A DNA stretch of 64,000 nt from a bacterium (lineage in GTDB: Bacteria > Patescibacteriota > CPR2 > UBA1875 > JAJYID01). The position numbers and the translations under genes are program-made. Of the stretch, positions 48,680 through 59,888 are shown piece after piece (the stretch's first letter is position 1; each line of letters opens with the position of its first letter). The notes under the pieces are model-generated. The model had not been told where the DNA came from. It did no database searches and saw nothing but the letters and a program-made list of their open reading frames with translations. The DNA is taken from positions 19,648-83,647 of the forward strand of contig JAJYLR010000001.1 in assembly GCA_021787535.1 (NCBI GenBank), written 5' to 3'.

Positions 48680-49159
48680 GTGATAATACTAGGTATAGAT
48701 CCGGGGACAGCCACAACTGGCTACGGAGTTATTGAAAATCAAAATGGCAAAATTATGGCTATTGCTCATGGCTGTATTTTAACTAAAGCAGGCCAGGATT
48801 TGGACGAAAGGCTGGATATCATATTCAACGATCTGACGAAGATTATCAAAAAGTTTAAGCCGGAAATGGTGGCCGTTGAAGAGCTTTTTTTTGCTTCTAA
48901 TGCCAAGACCGCTATTTCTGTCGGACATGCCCGCGGTGTTATTTTGCTTGCCTGTAAAAAAACAAAGGTACCGGTTTATGAGTACACCCCCTTGCAAGTA
49001 AAGCAGGCGATATGCGGTTATGGCAGGGGCGACAAGCAGCAGATTCAGAAAATGGTTAAAGCTCTCTTAAATTTAAAAGAAATCCCCAAACCCGACGACG
49101 CGGCCGACGGGCTGGCAATTGCAATTTGCCACGCAAACTCTCACAGAAATTTTGCTTAA
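48680..49159 (+). CDS. ruvC: Holliday junction resolvase
   Basis: LGIDPG, EELFF, YTPLQVK and DDAADGLAIA. Confidence 0.97.
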   Translation: MIILGIDPGTATTGYGVIENQNGKIMAIAHGCILTKAGQDLDERLDIIFNDLTKIIKKFKPEMVAVEELFFASNAKTAISVGHARGVILLACKKTKVPVYEYTPLQVKQAICGYGRGDKQQIQKMVKALLNLKEIPKPDDAADGLAIAICHANSHRNFA

Positions 49160-49218
49160 AAAGAATTTCATTCATTTTAAAAAAGTTCTAAAATTATATT
49201 AAATAATAAGGAGGGTCT

Positions 49219-50199
49219 TTGAGCGGATATTCTCTAAAATCTGATATTAAGCTCAGTTCTGTCTGTAAAAAGGCAGAGGAGATGCTTTCATCTGCTTATC
49301 GTGGCGGTAAGATTTTTACTTTGCTGCCGAAGCCAGACGGCTCTCTTTCAGAGTTTGAAATCTTGAGCGTACTCGCTCTTTCTGAATTTCACAGAAAAAA
49401 GGTGATAAACAAATATATTGAGGGCGGTAAAAGCTTTAATATTACGACATCCGGTATTTTGGCGTGGGTAATGATTAATATTTTTGACGAGTTAAATGAT
49501 GATGAGAAGGGGGAAATTGAGAAATATTTTACTAATGTGGAAGAATATTTTGATAAACGAACCGGTACTGATGGACTTTTGCCGGCGGGACCGGCTGACA
49601 ATTGGATTAAAAGTACAGAAAGAAAAGGTTTTTTGATAGAAATACAAGCGTATTACGCAAAAATCATTGATCTTTTGACTTTGCTTACCGAGGATGATAT
49701 GTACGAATTTAAGAAAAAGAGGCTGCTTAGAGCAGTTCGAGAAAAACTCAATGGGGCGTTTGTGCTTGATAGAGAAGATTCGCTTGAAATTCGCCCCAAT
49801 ACATTTATCGCCGCCTTTTTCGCCCCGGAACTTTTTAAACGCGGCGTCTGGCAAACAACTTTTGATACGTCATTAAAAAAAGATGAACTATGGCTTGACT
49901 GGGGAGGACTTCGTCTGCTTAGCCAATCGGATATTAACTACAATGAAGCACAAGACAGTAAAAGCTGGTTTTTTATAAACAATATGTCCGCGCTGGTTCT
50001 GGCCAGATCAGACAGAGTGAAATATCAACAATATATTGATATGGTTTTAAAGTCGTCCTCTCGAAATGTTTTGTGGCAGGAACATACGGGACGTCCATGC
50101 GAGATTACGCTTACCCCAAGCGGTCAAATCAAAGTTCAAGGTTTGTATGGTCTATCGCTTGCGACATTTATCTATCTTTATAGGTTGTTAACCACCTGA
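49219..50199 (+). CDS. Degenerate amylo-alpha-1,6-glucosidase-like (alpha/alpha barrel) protein
   Basis: NW...ERKG..IEIQA, IRPN.FIA and WGGLR.LS resemble the debranching-enzyme C-terminal domain. Confidence 0.45.
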   Translation: MSGYSLKSDIKLSSVCKKAEEMLSSAYRGGKIFTLLPKPDGSLSEFEILSVLALSEFHRKKVINKYIEGGKSFNITTSGILAWVMINIFDELNDDEKGEIEKYFTNVEEYFDKRTGTDGLLPAGPADNWIKSTERKGFLIEIQAYYAKIIDLLTLLTEDDMYEFKKKRLLRAVREKLNGAFVLDREDSLEIRPNTFIAAFFAPELFKRGVWQTTFDTSLKKDELWLDWGGLRLLSQSDINYNEAQDSKSWFFINNMSALVLARSDRVKYQQYIDMVLKSSSRNVLWQEHTGRPCEITLTPSGQIKVQGLYGLSLATFIYLYRLLTT

Positions 50200-50243
50200 C
50201 TTGTATACTGGAATTTATCGTAAATTTCCGCTAGGATTTAGTT

Positions 50244-50813
50244 ATGATAGCATCACTGCGCGGAAAAGTAATACAAAAAAGATTAGATAGCTTAGTTGTT
50301 GAGATGAATGGAGTCGGCTACAAAGCCATTTGTCCGGTTTCGGTCTTGGAATCGGCTAAAGTCGGCGAGGAAATATTTCTAAATACCTACACTCATGTCC
50401 GGGAAGATATTTTGGCTTTATACGGATTCTTGACCGCTGACGACCTGGCCCTTTTTGAACTTTTGATCAGTGTTTCCGGGGTGGGGCCGAAAGCGGCTGT
50501 AAATATATTATCAGCGGCGGACAGCGAAAAAATCCGCAGTTCCATCCGCAAACAGGATCCGGGAATTTTGTATTCAGTATCGGGAATCGGCAAAAAGACA
50601 GCCGAGAAAATCGTGGTGGAACTAAAGAATAAGCTTGGAGCGACAAATGAACTGTTTAGCCCGTCATCGGAAACGGAGGATTTGTATCAAGCGCTCAGCG
50701 ACCTTGGCTTTAAACCGAGTGAAATAAACGCTGCTATTTCCAATATGCCTGACAACCTAGACACGACAGAAGAAAAGCTAAAGTTTGCTTTGAAGGAAAT
50801 GAAAAAAAGTTAA
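50244..50813 (+). CDS. ruvA: Holliday junction branch migration protein RuvA
   Basis: GVGY, VRED..LYGF, VSGVGPK and GIGKKTAEKI. Confidence 0.97.
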   Translation: MIASLRGKVIQKRLDSLVVEMNGVGYKAICPVSVLESAKVGEEIFLNTYTHVREDILALYGFLTADDLALFELLISVSGVGPKAAVNILSAADSEKIRSSIRKQDPGILYSVSGIGKKTAEKIVVELKNKLGATNELFSPSSETEDLYQALSDLGFKPSEINAAISNMPDNLDTTEEKLKFALKEMKKS

Positions 50814-50892
50814 TAAGTTATTAGTTGGTAAGTTGCTAAGGATTATAAATTATTATGAAAAGCGACGAAAATCACATTTTAGACTCTTTCCT

Positions 50893-50980
50893 GTCATCCC
50901 GAGCGTTAGTCGAGGGATCTCTTATTTATCTCAGAAAGGGATTTCTCCGCTCGTCGATTCTCGAAGTCGGTCGAAATGAC
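50893..50980. repeat. GTCAT-family doublet between ruvA and ruvB
   Basis: GTCATCCCGAGCG..CGAGGGATCTC...GGGATTTCTCCGCTC..GGTCGAAATGAC. Confidence 0.8.
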
Positions 50981-50994
50981 AAGGCGGAGGCATT

Positions 50995-52029
50995 ATGAAA
51001 GTCAATCGCGACCACATTTTAGATTCGGAAGGATTTGAAGGCGAGGAAACTTTTGAGGAGACCTTGCGGCCGAAAAAATTCTCTGAGTATGTCGGCCAAA
51101 ATCAAGTCAAAAACAACCTGAAAATTACCATTGAGGCGGCAAAGAAACGAAAAGAACCAATTGACCATGCCCTTCTCTATGGTCCGCCAGGGCTTGGCAA
51201 GACTACTCTCTCGTCCGTCATTGCAAATGAAATGGGAGTTCAAGTGAAAGCGACGAGCGGACCGGCCATCGAGCGAGCCGGCGACCTGGCCTCAATCCTT
51301 ACCAATCTTCAGGAAAACGACATCTTGTTCATAGACGAGATTCACCGTCTAAATACTGTGGTTGAGGAGATCCTTTACCCGGCGATGGAGGACTTTATGC
51401 TTGATATAATCATTGGCAAAGGGCCGTCTGCGCGATCCGTTCGCCTTGACTTGCCAAAGTTCACTATCATCGGGGCGACGACCAAGATGGGCATGCTCTC
51501 CTCGCCTCTTCGCGACAGATTTGGTTTAGTCCATCGCCTGGAATTTTACGAGCCGGAAGATATCGAAAAAATTTTAAATCGTTCGGCCAAGATCTTGAAA
51601 ATCAAAATCGATAAAAAAGGCGCTCGAGAAATTGCCAAAAGGTCGCGCAAGACTCCCAGAATTGCCAATCGATTACTTAAACGGGTACGGGATTTTGCTG
51701 AAGTAAAGGGCAGCGGCGAGATTACAGAGGATATTGCGCGTCAGGCGCTGGAAATGCTTGAAGTCGATGAGCTGGGGCTCGACAACACCGACCGCAATTT
51801 GCTTGAGACAATCGTCCATAAGTTCGGCGGCGGTCCGGTCGGGCTAAATACTTTGGCGGCGGCGACTAATGAAGAGGTTGATACGATCGAAGAGGTTTAT
51901 GAGCCGTATCTTATCCAACTTGGATTTCTGGAGCGCACCCCGCGCGGCCGAAAAGCCACTGCTCATGCCTATAATCACCTTGGCGTGGCGAAGAAAAATA
52001 AGAAAAAAGAACAGCAGAAACTGCTATGA
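50995..52029 (+). CDS. ruvB: Holliday junction branch migration helicase RuvB
   Basis: [28 protein letters not shown] and RTPRGR. Confidence 0.98.
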   Translation: MKVNRDHILDSEGFEGEETFEETLRPKKFSEYVGQNQVKNNLKITIEAAKKRKEPIDHALLYGPPGLGKTTLSSVIANEMGVQVKATSGPAIERAGDLASILTNLQENDILFIDEIHRLNTVVEEILYPAMEDFMLDIIIGKGPSARSVRLDLPKFTIIGATTKMGMLSSPLRDRFGLVHRLEFYEPEDIEKILNRSAKILKIKIDKKGAREIAKRSRKTPRIANRLLKRVRDFAEVKGSGEITEDIARQALEMLEVDELGLDNTDRNLLETIVHKFGGGPVGLNTLAAATNEEVDTIEEVYEPYLIQLGFLERTPRGRKATAHAYNHLGVAKKNKKKEQQKLL

Positions 52030-52730
52030 CTAAAAAGTTTTTCATGGAAAATTCAGAACCTCTTATATCGGGCGCTATACTTTTAGCTGTTTTACCGCTA
52101 ATTTCAGCTGCGATAGTTACTGCATACGAGTTGAATTATTTGAATTATTATAATATCCCACTCGATTTTATTACACTCGATTTAAGTTATGTGATCTTTG
52201 TAACACTATGTTTACTTGTGATTACACAGGTTACTTTTGTAACTTATATTTTTCTTAGTTCCTTAGCAAAAAAATTTTTTCGGGTACGGTTAGGATCTCT
52301 TCCATTTATACTCATCGCGATAATAGATATTGTCTTGGTTCATTTAAATCAGTGGTTTCTATATGCTTTACCAGGAATAGTCTTAGGATTTGTAGTGGCA
52401 ATTAGATTACATAAAGAGGGAAAGGAAATTATGCAAAAAACAAAGAATTCTAATTTGCATAAAAGAGATATTGTCTTGGCATATATTTTTTTGTTGAGTA
52501 TAGTTGTATCCTTTTTATTAGGAGAGTTAATACCCAGATTCACATATACATATACAGTCGTTGATACTAATCCCCAAATGATTTTAGTCCAAAAATATGG
52601 GGATAAAATAATATGTATTCCATTTAATAGAAGAAATAAAACCTTTAAGAAAGAATTTATTGTCTTAAATTTAGGCGATAAGAAAATCGACTTTAAATCA
52701 GAGACTCTAGGTAAATTAAAACCAGAATAA
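52026..52730 (+). CDS. AT-rich multi-TM hypothetical protein
   Basis: About five hydrophobic segments; overlaps the ruvB stop. Confidence 0.65.
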   Translation: MTKKFFMENSEPLISGAILLAVLPLISAAIVTAYELNYLNYYNIPLDFITLDLSYVIFVTLCLLVITQVTFVTYIFLSSLAKKFFRVRLGSLPFILIAIIDIVLVHLNQWFLYALPGIVLGFVVAIRLHKEGKEIMQKTKNSNLHKRDIVLAYIFLLSIVVSFLLGELIPRFTYTYTVVDTNPQMILVQKYGDKIICIPFNRRNKTFKKEFIVLNLGDKKIDFKSETLGKLKPE

Positions 52731-52773
52731 CCCTTTACAAGAGGTAAAAGATTGCTTAGAATCTAAAGTACTT

Positions 52774-54045
52774 ATGTTTAGGAGGGTTGGGGCAGTTCTA
52801 TTTTTATTTTGGGTGTTTTTGATACCCGTGTTTGTGAATGCTCAAAGCGATCCGGCTATCAAAACGGCGGCTGTGACGGATTGCAGCGGTGTGGTGATTT
52901 CCGAATTCATTCCAAATCCGATAGGGACAGATTCTGATGGTGAATGGATCGAGCTTTATAATCAAACCGGCAGCGAGATAAATCTCAACGGTTATTCCGT
53001 TGCCGACACCGAAGGTACCACGCATAAATATTCGATTTCAAATGCGACAATTACCGCCGGTGGTTTTGCTATCTTTGACCGAGAAACTACTGGTATCACA
53101 TTGAATAATGACAAAGAAAGCCTGATTTTAACTAAACCGGACGGCACCAGCTGCCAGACTGATTTTGCCTCTGATACCGTTAATCCGAAAGAAGGCAATA
53201 GTTTCGCTTATGATTTTAGCGCGAAGGGCTGGAAATGGACCACCACGCCGACGCCGGGAAGTGACAACATATTTACAGTCGACAATACGGCCTCAAATCC
53301 GACGAATAGTGGTGATGGTTCTGCTGCTCCGCCACCGCAAAACAGTTGTGCCGGGATAATGATCACCGAGCTGATGCCGGCGCCTGCGGGATCTGACAGC
53401 GAAAACGAATGGATTGAAATTTACAACTCAAACGGCGACGCGACGGACATTGGGGGATGCGTTCTGACTGACAAGCTGAAGGCCGGCAGTACGACAAAAT
53501 ACACTTTTCCGGCCGGCACAAGCATCAATTCAGGAGAATACAAGGTGCTGACGCGGCCGGTCACCAAGATTTCCTTAAATAATGATAGCGACGGGGTGAT
53601 GCTGCTTGCCTCTGACGGCACAGTCGTGTTTGACACAGGGCTCTACAAGGATGCCAAGGAGAACATTGCTTATGCGTATAGCGACGACCAATGGTTTTGG
53701 ACTTCGACCCCGACCCCGGGCGCGCCAAATGTTATCACGACACCTCCACCAAAAGCCGCAAAGAAGCCCAAAAGCACAAAGGCAGCATCTTCGAAAACCG
53801 CCAAATCCGCTAGAAAATCAGGAAGCGGAGGCGGACAGGTTTTGGGCGATAGTACTAACGCCGGCAACAACAAGAAGAAAATAAGCGACAAAGCTTTGGG
53901 CTATATCTTGGTCATTCTCGCTTGCCTGGCGCCATTTGGCTACCTGGCTTATTTAAAGAAGGATTGGATACTAGAGCAACCGATTTCGCAAAGAATCTTG
54001 AAAAAATTAGAGAAAATGCGAAAAACATTGACTTCATTCATATAA
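52774..54045 (+). CDS. Secreted protein with two lamin-tail domains and C-terminal anchor
   Basis: Two repeats of I.E..P.P.G.D...EWIE.YN...LNN...TPTPG..N. Confidence 0.85.
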   Translation: MFRRVGAVLFLFWVFLIPVFVNAQSDPAIKTAAVTDCSGVVISEFIPNPIGTDSDGEWIELYNQTGSEINLNGYSVADTEGTTHKYSISNATITAGGFAIFDRETTGITLNNDKESLILTKPDGTSCQTDFASDTVNPKEGNSFAYDFSAKGWKWTTTPTPGSDNIFTVDNTASNPTNSGDGSAAPPPQNSCAGIMITELMPAPAGSDSENEWIEIYNSNGDATDIGGCVLTDKLKAGSTTKYTFPAGTSINSGEYKVLTRPVTKISLNNDSDGVMLLASDGTVVFDTGLYKDAKENIAYAYSDDQWFWTSTPTPGAPNVITTPPPKAAKKPKSTKAASSKTAKSARKSGSGGGQVLGDSTNAGNNKKKISDKALGYILVILACLAPFGYLAYLKKDWILEQPISQRILKKLEKMRKTLTSFI

Positions 54046-54098
54046 TATGTTATAATCATTTCTAAGCAAAAGCAATATTCTCCAAGGGAGGATGTAAA

Positions 54099-54458
54099 TT
54101 GAAAAATAAAGTGATAATAGTTTTATTGCTCCTCGTTGTTTTAGCCCTTTTTTGGGCAATTACGGGAGGAATGGGAGTGTTTGCCCATACCTATAAAAGC
54201 AGGTATTTGGGCGGGGATATCATTATCGAGAAACAAGACAGGCCTCTTTTCTTTGATCAAACTCGCGTTTTCTTGGCAGGTAATGCTTGCATCAAAAGCG
54301 GAGAGGTTTACGAGATATCTATTGGAGATCAGGAGCCAGATTTTCTTGCTTGTAGTGCTGACAAGCAGTACTTGACTCTCAGCGGAGGTCCTGAAGACGG
54401 TCAGGCAGTTTCAGTGAAGAAACTGGAATCTGCTATCTCCGATAACCACTCTTTATAA
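54099..54458 (+). CDS. Small exported hypothetical protein
   Basis: GGAGG RBS, N-terminal TM, terminator hairpin at 54487-54510. Confidence 0.65.
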   Translation: MKNKVIIVLLLLVVLALFWAITGGMGVFAHTYKSRYLGGDIIIEKQDRPLFFDQTRVFLAGNACIKSGEVYEISIGDQEPDFLACSADKQYLTLSGGPEDGQAVSVKKLESAISDNHSL

Positions 54459-54534
54459 ATTCTCTGCTTTTGCTTGTTCTATCACCGGGAGCGATCTTTG
54501 ATCGCTCCCTTTGTCTTTGTGTTAAAATAGATGA

Positions 54535-54990
54535 ATGAAAATAATAACAAGAAGCTCAGAAGAAACAGTTGACCTAGGAGAAAAATTAGGTAAATCCCTG
54601 AAAGGCGGAGAAGTTCTTGCCCTTTACGGTGACCTTGGCGGCGGTAAAACCCAGTTTACAAAAGGTATAGCCAAAGGACTTGGCATTAAAGATAATATTC
54701 TCTCGCCCACTTTCACCATTCGCCGTGAGTATAAAGGCAAGAAGTTAAATCTTCTGCATTATGATTTCTACCGATTTGAATTGCCGGACCGGGAGCTTAT
54801 TGAAAGCATGGAAGAAGGCATTAATCCTGACAATGTGACGGTGATAGAATGGGCGGAAAGGGTTGAGAAACATTTGCCCAATGATGCAGTTAAAATCAAT
54901 TTCAAATACATTTCGGAAAACGAGAGGGAAATAGAAGTTATGCCCGGCAGCCGGAATTTAGAAAATAAGTTTAGTAAGCTGTCATTCTGA
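54535..54990 (+). CDS. tsaE: t6A biosynthesis ATPase TsaE
   Basis: GDLGGGKT, SPTF, HYDFYR and IEWAE. Confidence 0.95.
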   Translation: MKIITRSSEETVDLGEKLGKSLKGGEVLALYGDLGGGKTQFTKGIAKGLGIKDNILSPTFTIRREYKGKKLNLLHYDFYRFELPDRELIESMEEGINPDNVTVIEWAERVEKHLPNDAVKINFKYISENEREIEVMPGSRNLENKFSKLSF

Positions 54991-55376
54991 GGAACGAAGA
55001 ATCTCATGAGTTATTATGTCTATATCTTAACAAATAGAATAAACAAAGTTCTTTATACCGGTATGACCAATAATTTAGAAAGAAGGATTTTCGAGCACAA
55101 AAATAAATTGGTTAAAGGGTTTACTGAGAAGTATAATTTGAATAAATTGGTATATTTTGAAGAATTTCCGGCGGCAAAAGAAGCGATCGAAAATGAGAAG
55201 AGAATTAAGGGCTGGGTAAGAAGAAAAAAGATTGCATTGATTGAGGCGAAAAATAAGAATTGGATTGATTTATCGAAAGAAAATAGATCCTTTGTCGTTC
55301 CTCCTCAGGATGACAATAACCAAGGATGAAATATAACTCGACAACAGTCATTCTGAGGAACGAAGAATCTCATGAG
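54981..55376. mobile_element. Second GIY-YIG cassette with inverted arms and a 30-bp direct repeat
   Basis: GTCATTCTGAGGAACGAAGAATCTCATGAG at 54981-55010 and 55347-55376; inverted arm at 55285-55314; mobility is inferred. Confidence 0.65.
55006..55329 (+). CDS. Stand-alone GIY-YIG nuclease (UPF0213-like)
   Basis: YYVYIL..LYTGMTNNLERR..EH, LVYFE and EKRIKGW.R.KK. Confidence 0.93.
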   Translation: MSYYVYILTNRINKVLYTGMTNNLERRIFEHKNKLVKGFTEKYNLNKLVYFEEFPAAKEAIENEKRIKGWVRRKKIALIEAKNKNWIDLSKENRSFVVPPQDDNNQG

Positions 55377-55383
55377 AATAATT

Positions 55384-55830
55384 ATGAAAAACACATTAGT
55401 AATAGACACTTCAGATAAGGTTGCCAGGTTTGGTTTGTTTCAGGACGACAAACTGGTTGATACTTTAGAATGGGAGGCGCATCGGGAGCTTTCCAAAACC
55501 TTTTATGCCAAATTGGATGAGTTACTTGAGCGAAATAAACTGAGCTACCAGGATTTGGATTCAATTATTGTGGTTTGCGGCCCCGGATCATTTACCGGTC
55601 TTCGTATCGGAACTGTAATCGTAAATGCATTTGCCTATGCTTTGGAAATCGAAACGGCTGGTGTGATTCAGCCTCCTTGTCATTCCGGACTAGATCCGGA
55701 ATCTAAACCCCTCAAAAAACTAACATTAGAAGAAATTTATAACGCCGGAAAAAAAGACCTGAAAAAGGGCCGGACTCTCGAGCCATTTTATGGCCGCGAA
55801 CCAAATATAACAGCCAAGAAGAAAAAATGA
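55384..55830 (+). CDS. tsaB: TsaB, short form, with in-frame repeat insertion
   Basis: LVIDTS, GPGSFTGLRIG and EPFY motifs; CHSGLDPES from palindrome 55678-55704. Confidence 0.9.
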   Translation: MKNTLVIDTSDKVARFGLFQDDKLVDTLEWEAHRELSKTFYAKLDELLERNKLSYQDLDSIIVVCGPGSFTGLRIGTVIVNAFAYALEIETAGVIQPPCHSGLDPESKPLKKLTLEEIYNAGKKDLKKGRTLEPFYGREPNITAKKKK

Positions 55831-55954
55831 TTTTTCTTCTTGGAATTTTCAATTTCTAATTCACAATTTTTAATCAAAAGAATTTACAAATTTCAAAAAT
55901 TTATTTATAATCAAAGGTCTTGGAGAGTTCCTAAAAATATTTAGCCAAAGGAGA

Positions 55955-56320
55955 GTGGTAAAGATGACCGAAATGCAGGATTTGTGCAGCTCCTTAAGAC
56001 AATGCATCCTGCTCTTACCTATACTTAACATAACAGTAATTCTAGTTCTTATATTTGCTTGTCGCCACGCCAGGTCATCGCTTACAGAAGAAGAAAAGGA
56101 AGTTTTTCTAACACTAGCTAAATATGCACCAGTCATATTCATATCTTTGCAGCTTTATTTTCTCGCACTCTCTGTTTTACTTATTTCACTTCCCAATTTA
56201 CCGGGTGACTTACTAGTCAGATGGATTGGAGTGAACACAACCATTGTTTTACTGTGGTTGTTAGTAAAATTTTATTACCTTAGACCTGCAAGCTTAAAGC
56301 TGAAAGTTGCAAGTTATTGA
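55955..56320 (+). CDS. Small multi-TM hypothetical protein
   Basis: AAGGAG RBS, three hydrophobic segments, terminator at 56342-56366. Confidence 0.6.
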   Translation: MVKMTEMQDLCSSLRQCILLLPILNITVILVLIFACRHARSSLTEEEKEVFLTLAKYAPVIFISLQLYFLALSVLLISLPNLPGDLLVRWIGVNTTIVLLWLLVKFYYLRPASLKLKVASY

Positions 56321-56653
56321 CTAGTACATAACCGGCTAAATAACGGGGACCTTCGGGTCCCCGTTTAAATATTGGACAATTTCTGTCTTGAAAAATGGGT
56401 AAAATGGGAGTATAGTAAAGTCAGTAAATTAAAAAATTAAATTTACCATTAATAACTAAAATTAATAAGGCATATGGGCGGAAGAGGATTTTAAACTGAA
56501 AACGAACTAGGGTTTTTTAGTTGTTTATTGGTACTCAAAAAAATTGTCATTTCACTTGTCATGCAGGTAGGATAATCCTTAAGTTTTGAATTTAGAACAT
56601 TCGGATTTAGACATTGTTTAGAATTTCGAATTTAGTGCTTCGAACTTAAGCTA

Positions 56654-56696
56654 AGGGATTCCTCCGCTCGCTTTTCATAGAGTTGGTCGGAATGAC
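56654..56696. repeat. Orphan copy of the right arm of the first GIY-YIG cassette
   Basis: AGGGATTCCTCCGCTC..AGTTGGTCGGAATGAC, near-identical to 43706-43749. Confidence 0.85.
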
Positions 56697-56719
56697 AAAA
56701 CGTGAGAGAGGAGAAAAGT

Positions 56720-58246
56720 ATGGAACCTATCACACTGGTTCTGATCTTAGCTGGGCTGGCAGTCGGCGGAGCCGGCGGTTATTATGGCCGGAAAATGAAG
56801 TCTCAAGATGCGCTTGAGAAATCCCAGAAAGAAGCAGACAAAATAAAAAGCGAGGCGGCAAAAGAAGCCAAAGAAGAAGTTTTAAAGGCTAAAGAAGAGG
56901 CTCTGAAAATCAAAGAAGAGGCAAAAAAGGAAGAAAAGGAAAGGCGCGACCAGATCGCCGCAAGCGAAAAGAGAAACATTGATAAAGAAAAGGTTCTCGA
57001 TGAACGGACAAAGAAGCTGGACGAGACCCGCGACAAAGTAGAAAAAGATAAAGAAGAAGTTGAAGATATAAAAAATGGTCTTAGGGATATTCGAAAAAAA
57101 CAGATGGCGGCTCTTGAGAAAATCTCAAAACTTTCAACGGATAAGGCCAGAGAGAAACTCCTCGAGATAGTTGAGAAAGATTACAAAAAAGACGTTTTGA
57201 ACCTGATCAAAAAGGTTGAGATTGAGACAAAAGAAGAAGCAGATAAAAAAGCCCGTGAAATTCTCTCAACAGCTATTCAGCGCTTAGCGGGCGATATGAC
57301 ATCCGAGACGACTGTGACGGCGGTTACTCTCCCAAATGATGAAATGAAAGGCCGTATTATCGGTCGAGAGGGCCGAAACATTCAGGCCATTGAACGAGCG
57401 ACGGGTTGTGACATCATTGTCGATGATACGCCGGAAACGATTGTCATTTCCGGGTTTGACCCCGTGAGGCGTCATGTGGCTAAGAGGGCGCTCGAATCAA
57501 TGATGAAGGATGGTAGAATTCATCCGACAAAGATTGAAGAAGCGGTAGCAAAGGCCCAAAAGGAGATTGACAAGGAAATCAAAGAAGCCGGCGAGCAGGC
57601 GGTTTACAAAACCGGTGTTGCCGGCCTCCCATCCGACTTAGTCAAAGTTCTTGGCCGGCTGAAATTCAGGACTTCATACGGCCAGAATGTTCTCCAGCAT
57701 TCCATGGAGTGTTCGTACCTTGCCGGAGCCTTGGCGAGCGAACTTGGCGCAGACGTGAACTTGGCGAAAAAAGCGGCGTTGCTTCATGATATTGGTAAAG
57801 CTGTGGATCAGGAAATAGAAGGTTCTCACGCTGCCATCGGCCGGGATATTGCCAAAAAATTCGGTCTTGATGAAAAAATAGTCAATGCTATCGAAGCCCA
57901 TCACGAAGAGGCGGAGTTTAAATCAATTGAAGCTATTATAGTTCAGGTTGCTGATACCATATCCGGCGGAAGACCCGGAGCGAGACGCGATACTTTGGAA
58001 GCTTATATTAAGCGTTTAACTGAGCTTGAAAATATCGCTAACTCCTTTAACGGTGTTGAGAAATCCTTTGCAATCCAAGCTGGGCGCGAAGTGCGAGTGC
58101 TAGTTTCACCGGAAGAACTTGATGACCTAAAAAGCGAAAAGCTGGCCAAAGAAATCGCTGCAAAAATAGAGAAAGACCTAAAGTATCCGGGACAGATAAA
58201 GGTTAATGTTATCAGGGAAAAGAGAATAACGGAATACGCGAAATAA
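56720..58246 (+). CDS. rny: Ribonuclease Y
   Basis: TM, coiled coil, KH ([12 protein letters not shown]), HD (LLHDIGK) and AIQAGRE. Confidence 0.98.
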   Translation: MEPITLVLILAGLAVGGAGGYYGRKMKSQDALEKSQKEADKIKSEAAKEAKEEVLKAKEEALKIKEEAKKEEKERRDQIAASEKRNIDKEKVLDERTKKLDETRDKVEKDKEEVEDIKNGLRDIRKKQMAALEKISKLSTDKAREKLLEIVEKDYKKDVLNLIKKVEIETKEEADKKAREILSTAIQRLAGDMTSETTVTAVTLPNDEMKGRIIGREGRNIQAIERATGCDIIVDDTPETIVISGFDPVRRHVAKRALESMMKDGRIHPTKIEEAVAKAQKEIDKEIKEAGEQAVYKTGVAGLPSDLVKVLGRLKFRTSYGQNVLQHSMECSYLAGALASELGADVNLAKKAALLHDIGKAVDQEIEGSHAAIGRDIAKKFGLDEKIVNAIEAHHEEAEFKSIEAIIVQVADTISGGRPGARRDTLEAYIKRLTELENIANSFNGVEKSFAIQAGREVRVLVSPEELDDLKSEKLAKEIAAKIEKDLKYPGQIKVNVIREKRITEYAK

Positions 58247-58247
58247 A

Positions 58248-58398
58248 AACTGGAATCTAGTATTTTGAATTTTGAAGATAGAATGGGAATTATGAATGAT
58301 GAATATTTGGCCAACGAAGAACTTTGTAAATATCTGAATTCTTAATTCTATATTTTCATTCTAAATTCTAAATACCAAATTCAAAATTCTTCCATCTA
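58248..58398. repeat. Empty AT-rich heptad inverted-repeat element
   Basis: TTTGAAT TTTGAAG ATAGAAT... facing ATTCTAA ATTCTAA ATACCAA ATTCAAA ATTC; bounds approximate. Confidence 0.6.
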
Positions 58399-58427
58399 GA
58401 AAGTAATTGTTTTTTTAAGGAACATTT

Positions 58428-59234
58428 ATGGCATCTAAATCGAAAAAACCAATCAAAATACTCTTCATTGCCGATATTGTCGGGCGTGCCGGGCGAAAAA
58501 CGATTAAAGAAGTGCTGCCTCAGCTTAAGAAGGAGGAAGGTATAGACTTTGTTGTGGCAAACGGTGAGAATATGACGACTGGCAATGGGATGACGAAAAG
58601 CACGATGGATGAGATGTTGGAGGCGGGGGTTGACTTCTTCACTGCTGGCAATCATATCTGGAAAAAGCCCGAGTTTTTAAACGAACTCGAAAAAAAAGAA
58701 ACACCTGTTGTGCGTCCGGCAAACTATCCGCCAACATCACCGGGTGATGGATATAGGATAGTTAAAACCGGTTTTGGCAGACTCTTGATCATAAGTCTCC
58801 TTGGCCGTGAGGGAATCAATGTACAAGTAGAGTCGCCTTTCAAGTCTATTGATGATATTTTAGAGGCCACAGAAGGCAAATATGATATTTCATTAGTCGA
58901 TTTTCATGCCGAAGTTACCAGTGAAAAGGTGGCCATGGGATATTACCTTGATGGCAGAGTGGATATTGTGGTTGGTACTCACACTCATGTTCCAACTGCA
59001 GACGCTCGCGTTCTGCCGAAGGACACAGCTTATATTTCAGATGCCGGAATGACCGGTGTAGAGGAGTCAGTTCTAGGTGTAAAAACCGACATAATTATCC
59101 GGCTTTTTACAACTGGGATACCTCAGAAGTTCGAGCAGGCAACAGAAGGGCAGAGGGTTTTCAATTCAGTTATGGTTGACTTTAGTCCCAAAGGAAAAGT
59201 AAAATCCATTATTAGACTTGATAGGCACATTTGA
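58428..59234 (+). CDS. ymdB: YmdB family metallophosphoesterase
   Basis: DIVG, NGEN, GNH, DFHAE.TSEK, GTHTH and DAGMTG; follows rny. Confidence 0.95.
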   Translation: MASKSKKPIKILFIADIVGRAGRKTIKEVLPQLKKEEGIDFVVANGENMTTGNGMTKSTMDEMLEAGVDFFTAGNHIWKKPEFLNELEKKETPVVRPANYPPTSPGDGYRIVKTGFGRLLIISLLGREGINVQVESPFKSIDDILEATEGKYDISLVDFHAEVTSEKVAMGYYLDGRVDIVVGTHTHVPTADARVLPKDTAYISDAGMTGVEESVLGVKTDIIIRLFTTGIPQKFEQATEGQRVFNSVMVDFSPKGKVKSIIRLDRHI

Positions 59235-59344
59235 AAGCTGTTGCAAGTGCGAAGAATCTGTGCTATAAATCGTATTACTTTTTAATTTATTAAAATAATT
59301 TAATTTTCCGCATGCAAAACCCGCGGATAACAAGAGGAGAAAAA

Positions 59345-59617
59345 ATGACAAAACATGATCTAGTGGAATCACTCTCAAAAGAAACAGGATATTCTAAAAA
59401 GGAAGTCGAAGCTTTTCTAAAAGTTTTAACTGCAACCATTACGGGCAAAGTGAGAAACGGCGAAAAAGTGGCAATTACAGGTTTTGGCACCTTTGACTTG
59501 GGTAAGCGCGCTTCAAGAAGAGGGCGAAATCCTCAGACCGGCGATTACATTACTATTCCTGAAATGAAAATGCCGAGATTTAGAGCTGGGAAGAACCTCA
59601 AAGAATCGGTTAGATAA
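59345..59617 (+). CDS. hup: HU family DNA-binding protein
   Basis: MTK.DL, GFGTF and GRNPQTG. Confidence 0.95.
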   Translation: MTKHDLVESLSKETGYSKKEVEAFLKVLTATITGKVRNGEKVAITGFGTFDLGKRASRRGRNPQTGDYITIPEMKMPRFRAGKNLKESVR

Positions 59618-59811
59618 ATATTTTCATATATAAAAGATGCTTCTTGCGAGTGTCTTTTATATTGGGGAAAAGGCAGTTTTGGGGTATAATATCTAGGCAA
59701 ATGATCAATAACTAATTTCCAATGCCTAATAAATGATTAAAACATTTAATTTTTAAATTTAGAAATTGGGATTTGACTGGTTATTAGTTATTGTAAATTG
59801 GAAATTTTCCG

Positions 59812-59888
59812 CGGGGTGTGGCGCAGTTGGCTAGCGCGCCTGCTTTGGGAGCAGGAGGCCGGAGGTTCGAGTCCTCTCACCCCGACCA
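59812..59888 (+). tRNA. tRNA-Pro(TGG)
   Basis: CGGGGTG/CACCCCG+ACCA, CCTGC-TTTGGGA-GCAGG, GTTCGAGTC. Confidence 0.97.

Noticed and set aside
54981-55376. CRISPR array from repeated ~30-bp palindromes
   Set aside because: Only two direct copies 366 bp apart, no regular spacers and no cas genes
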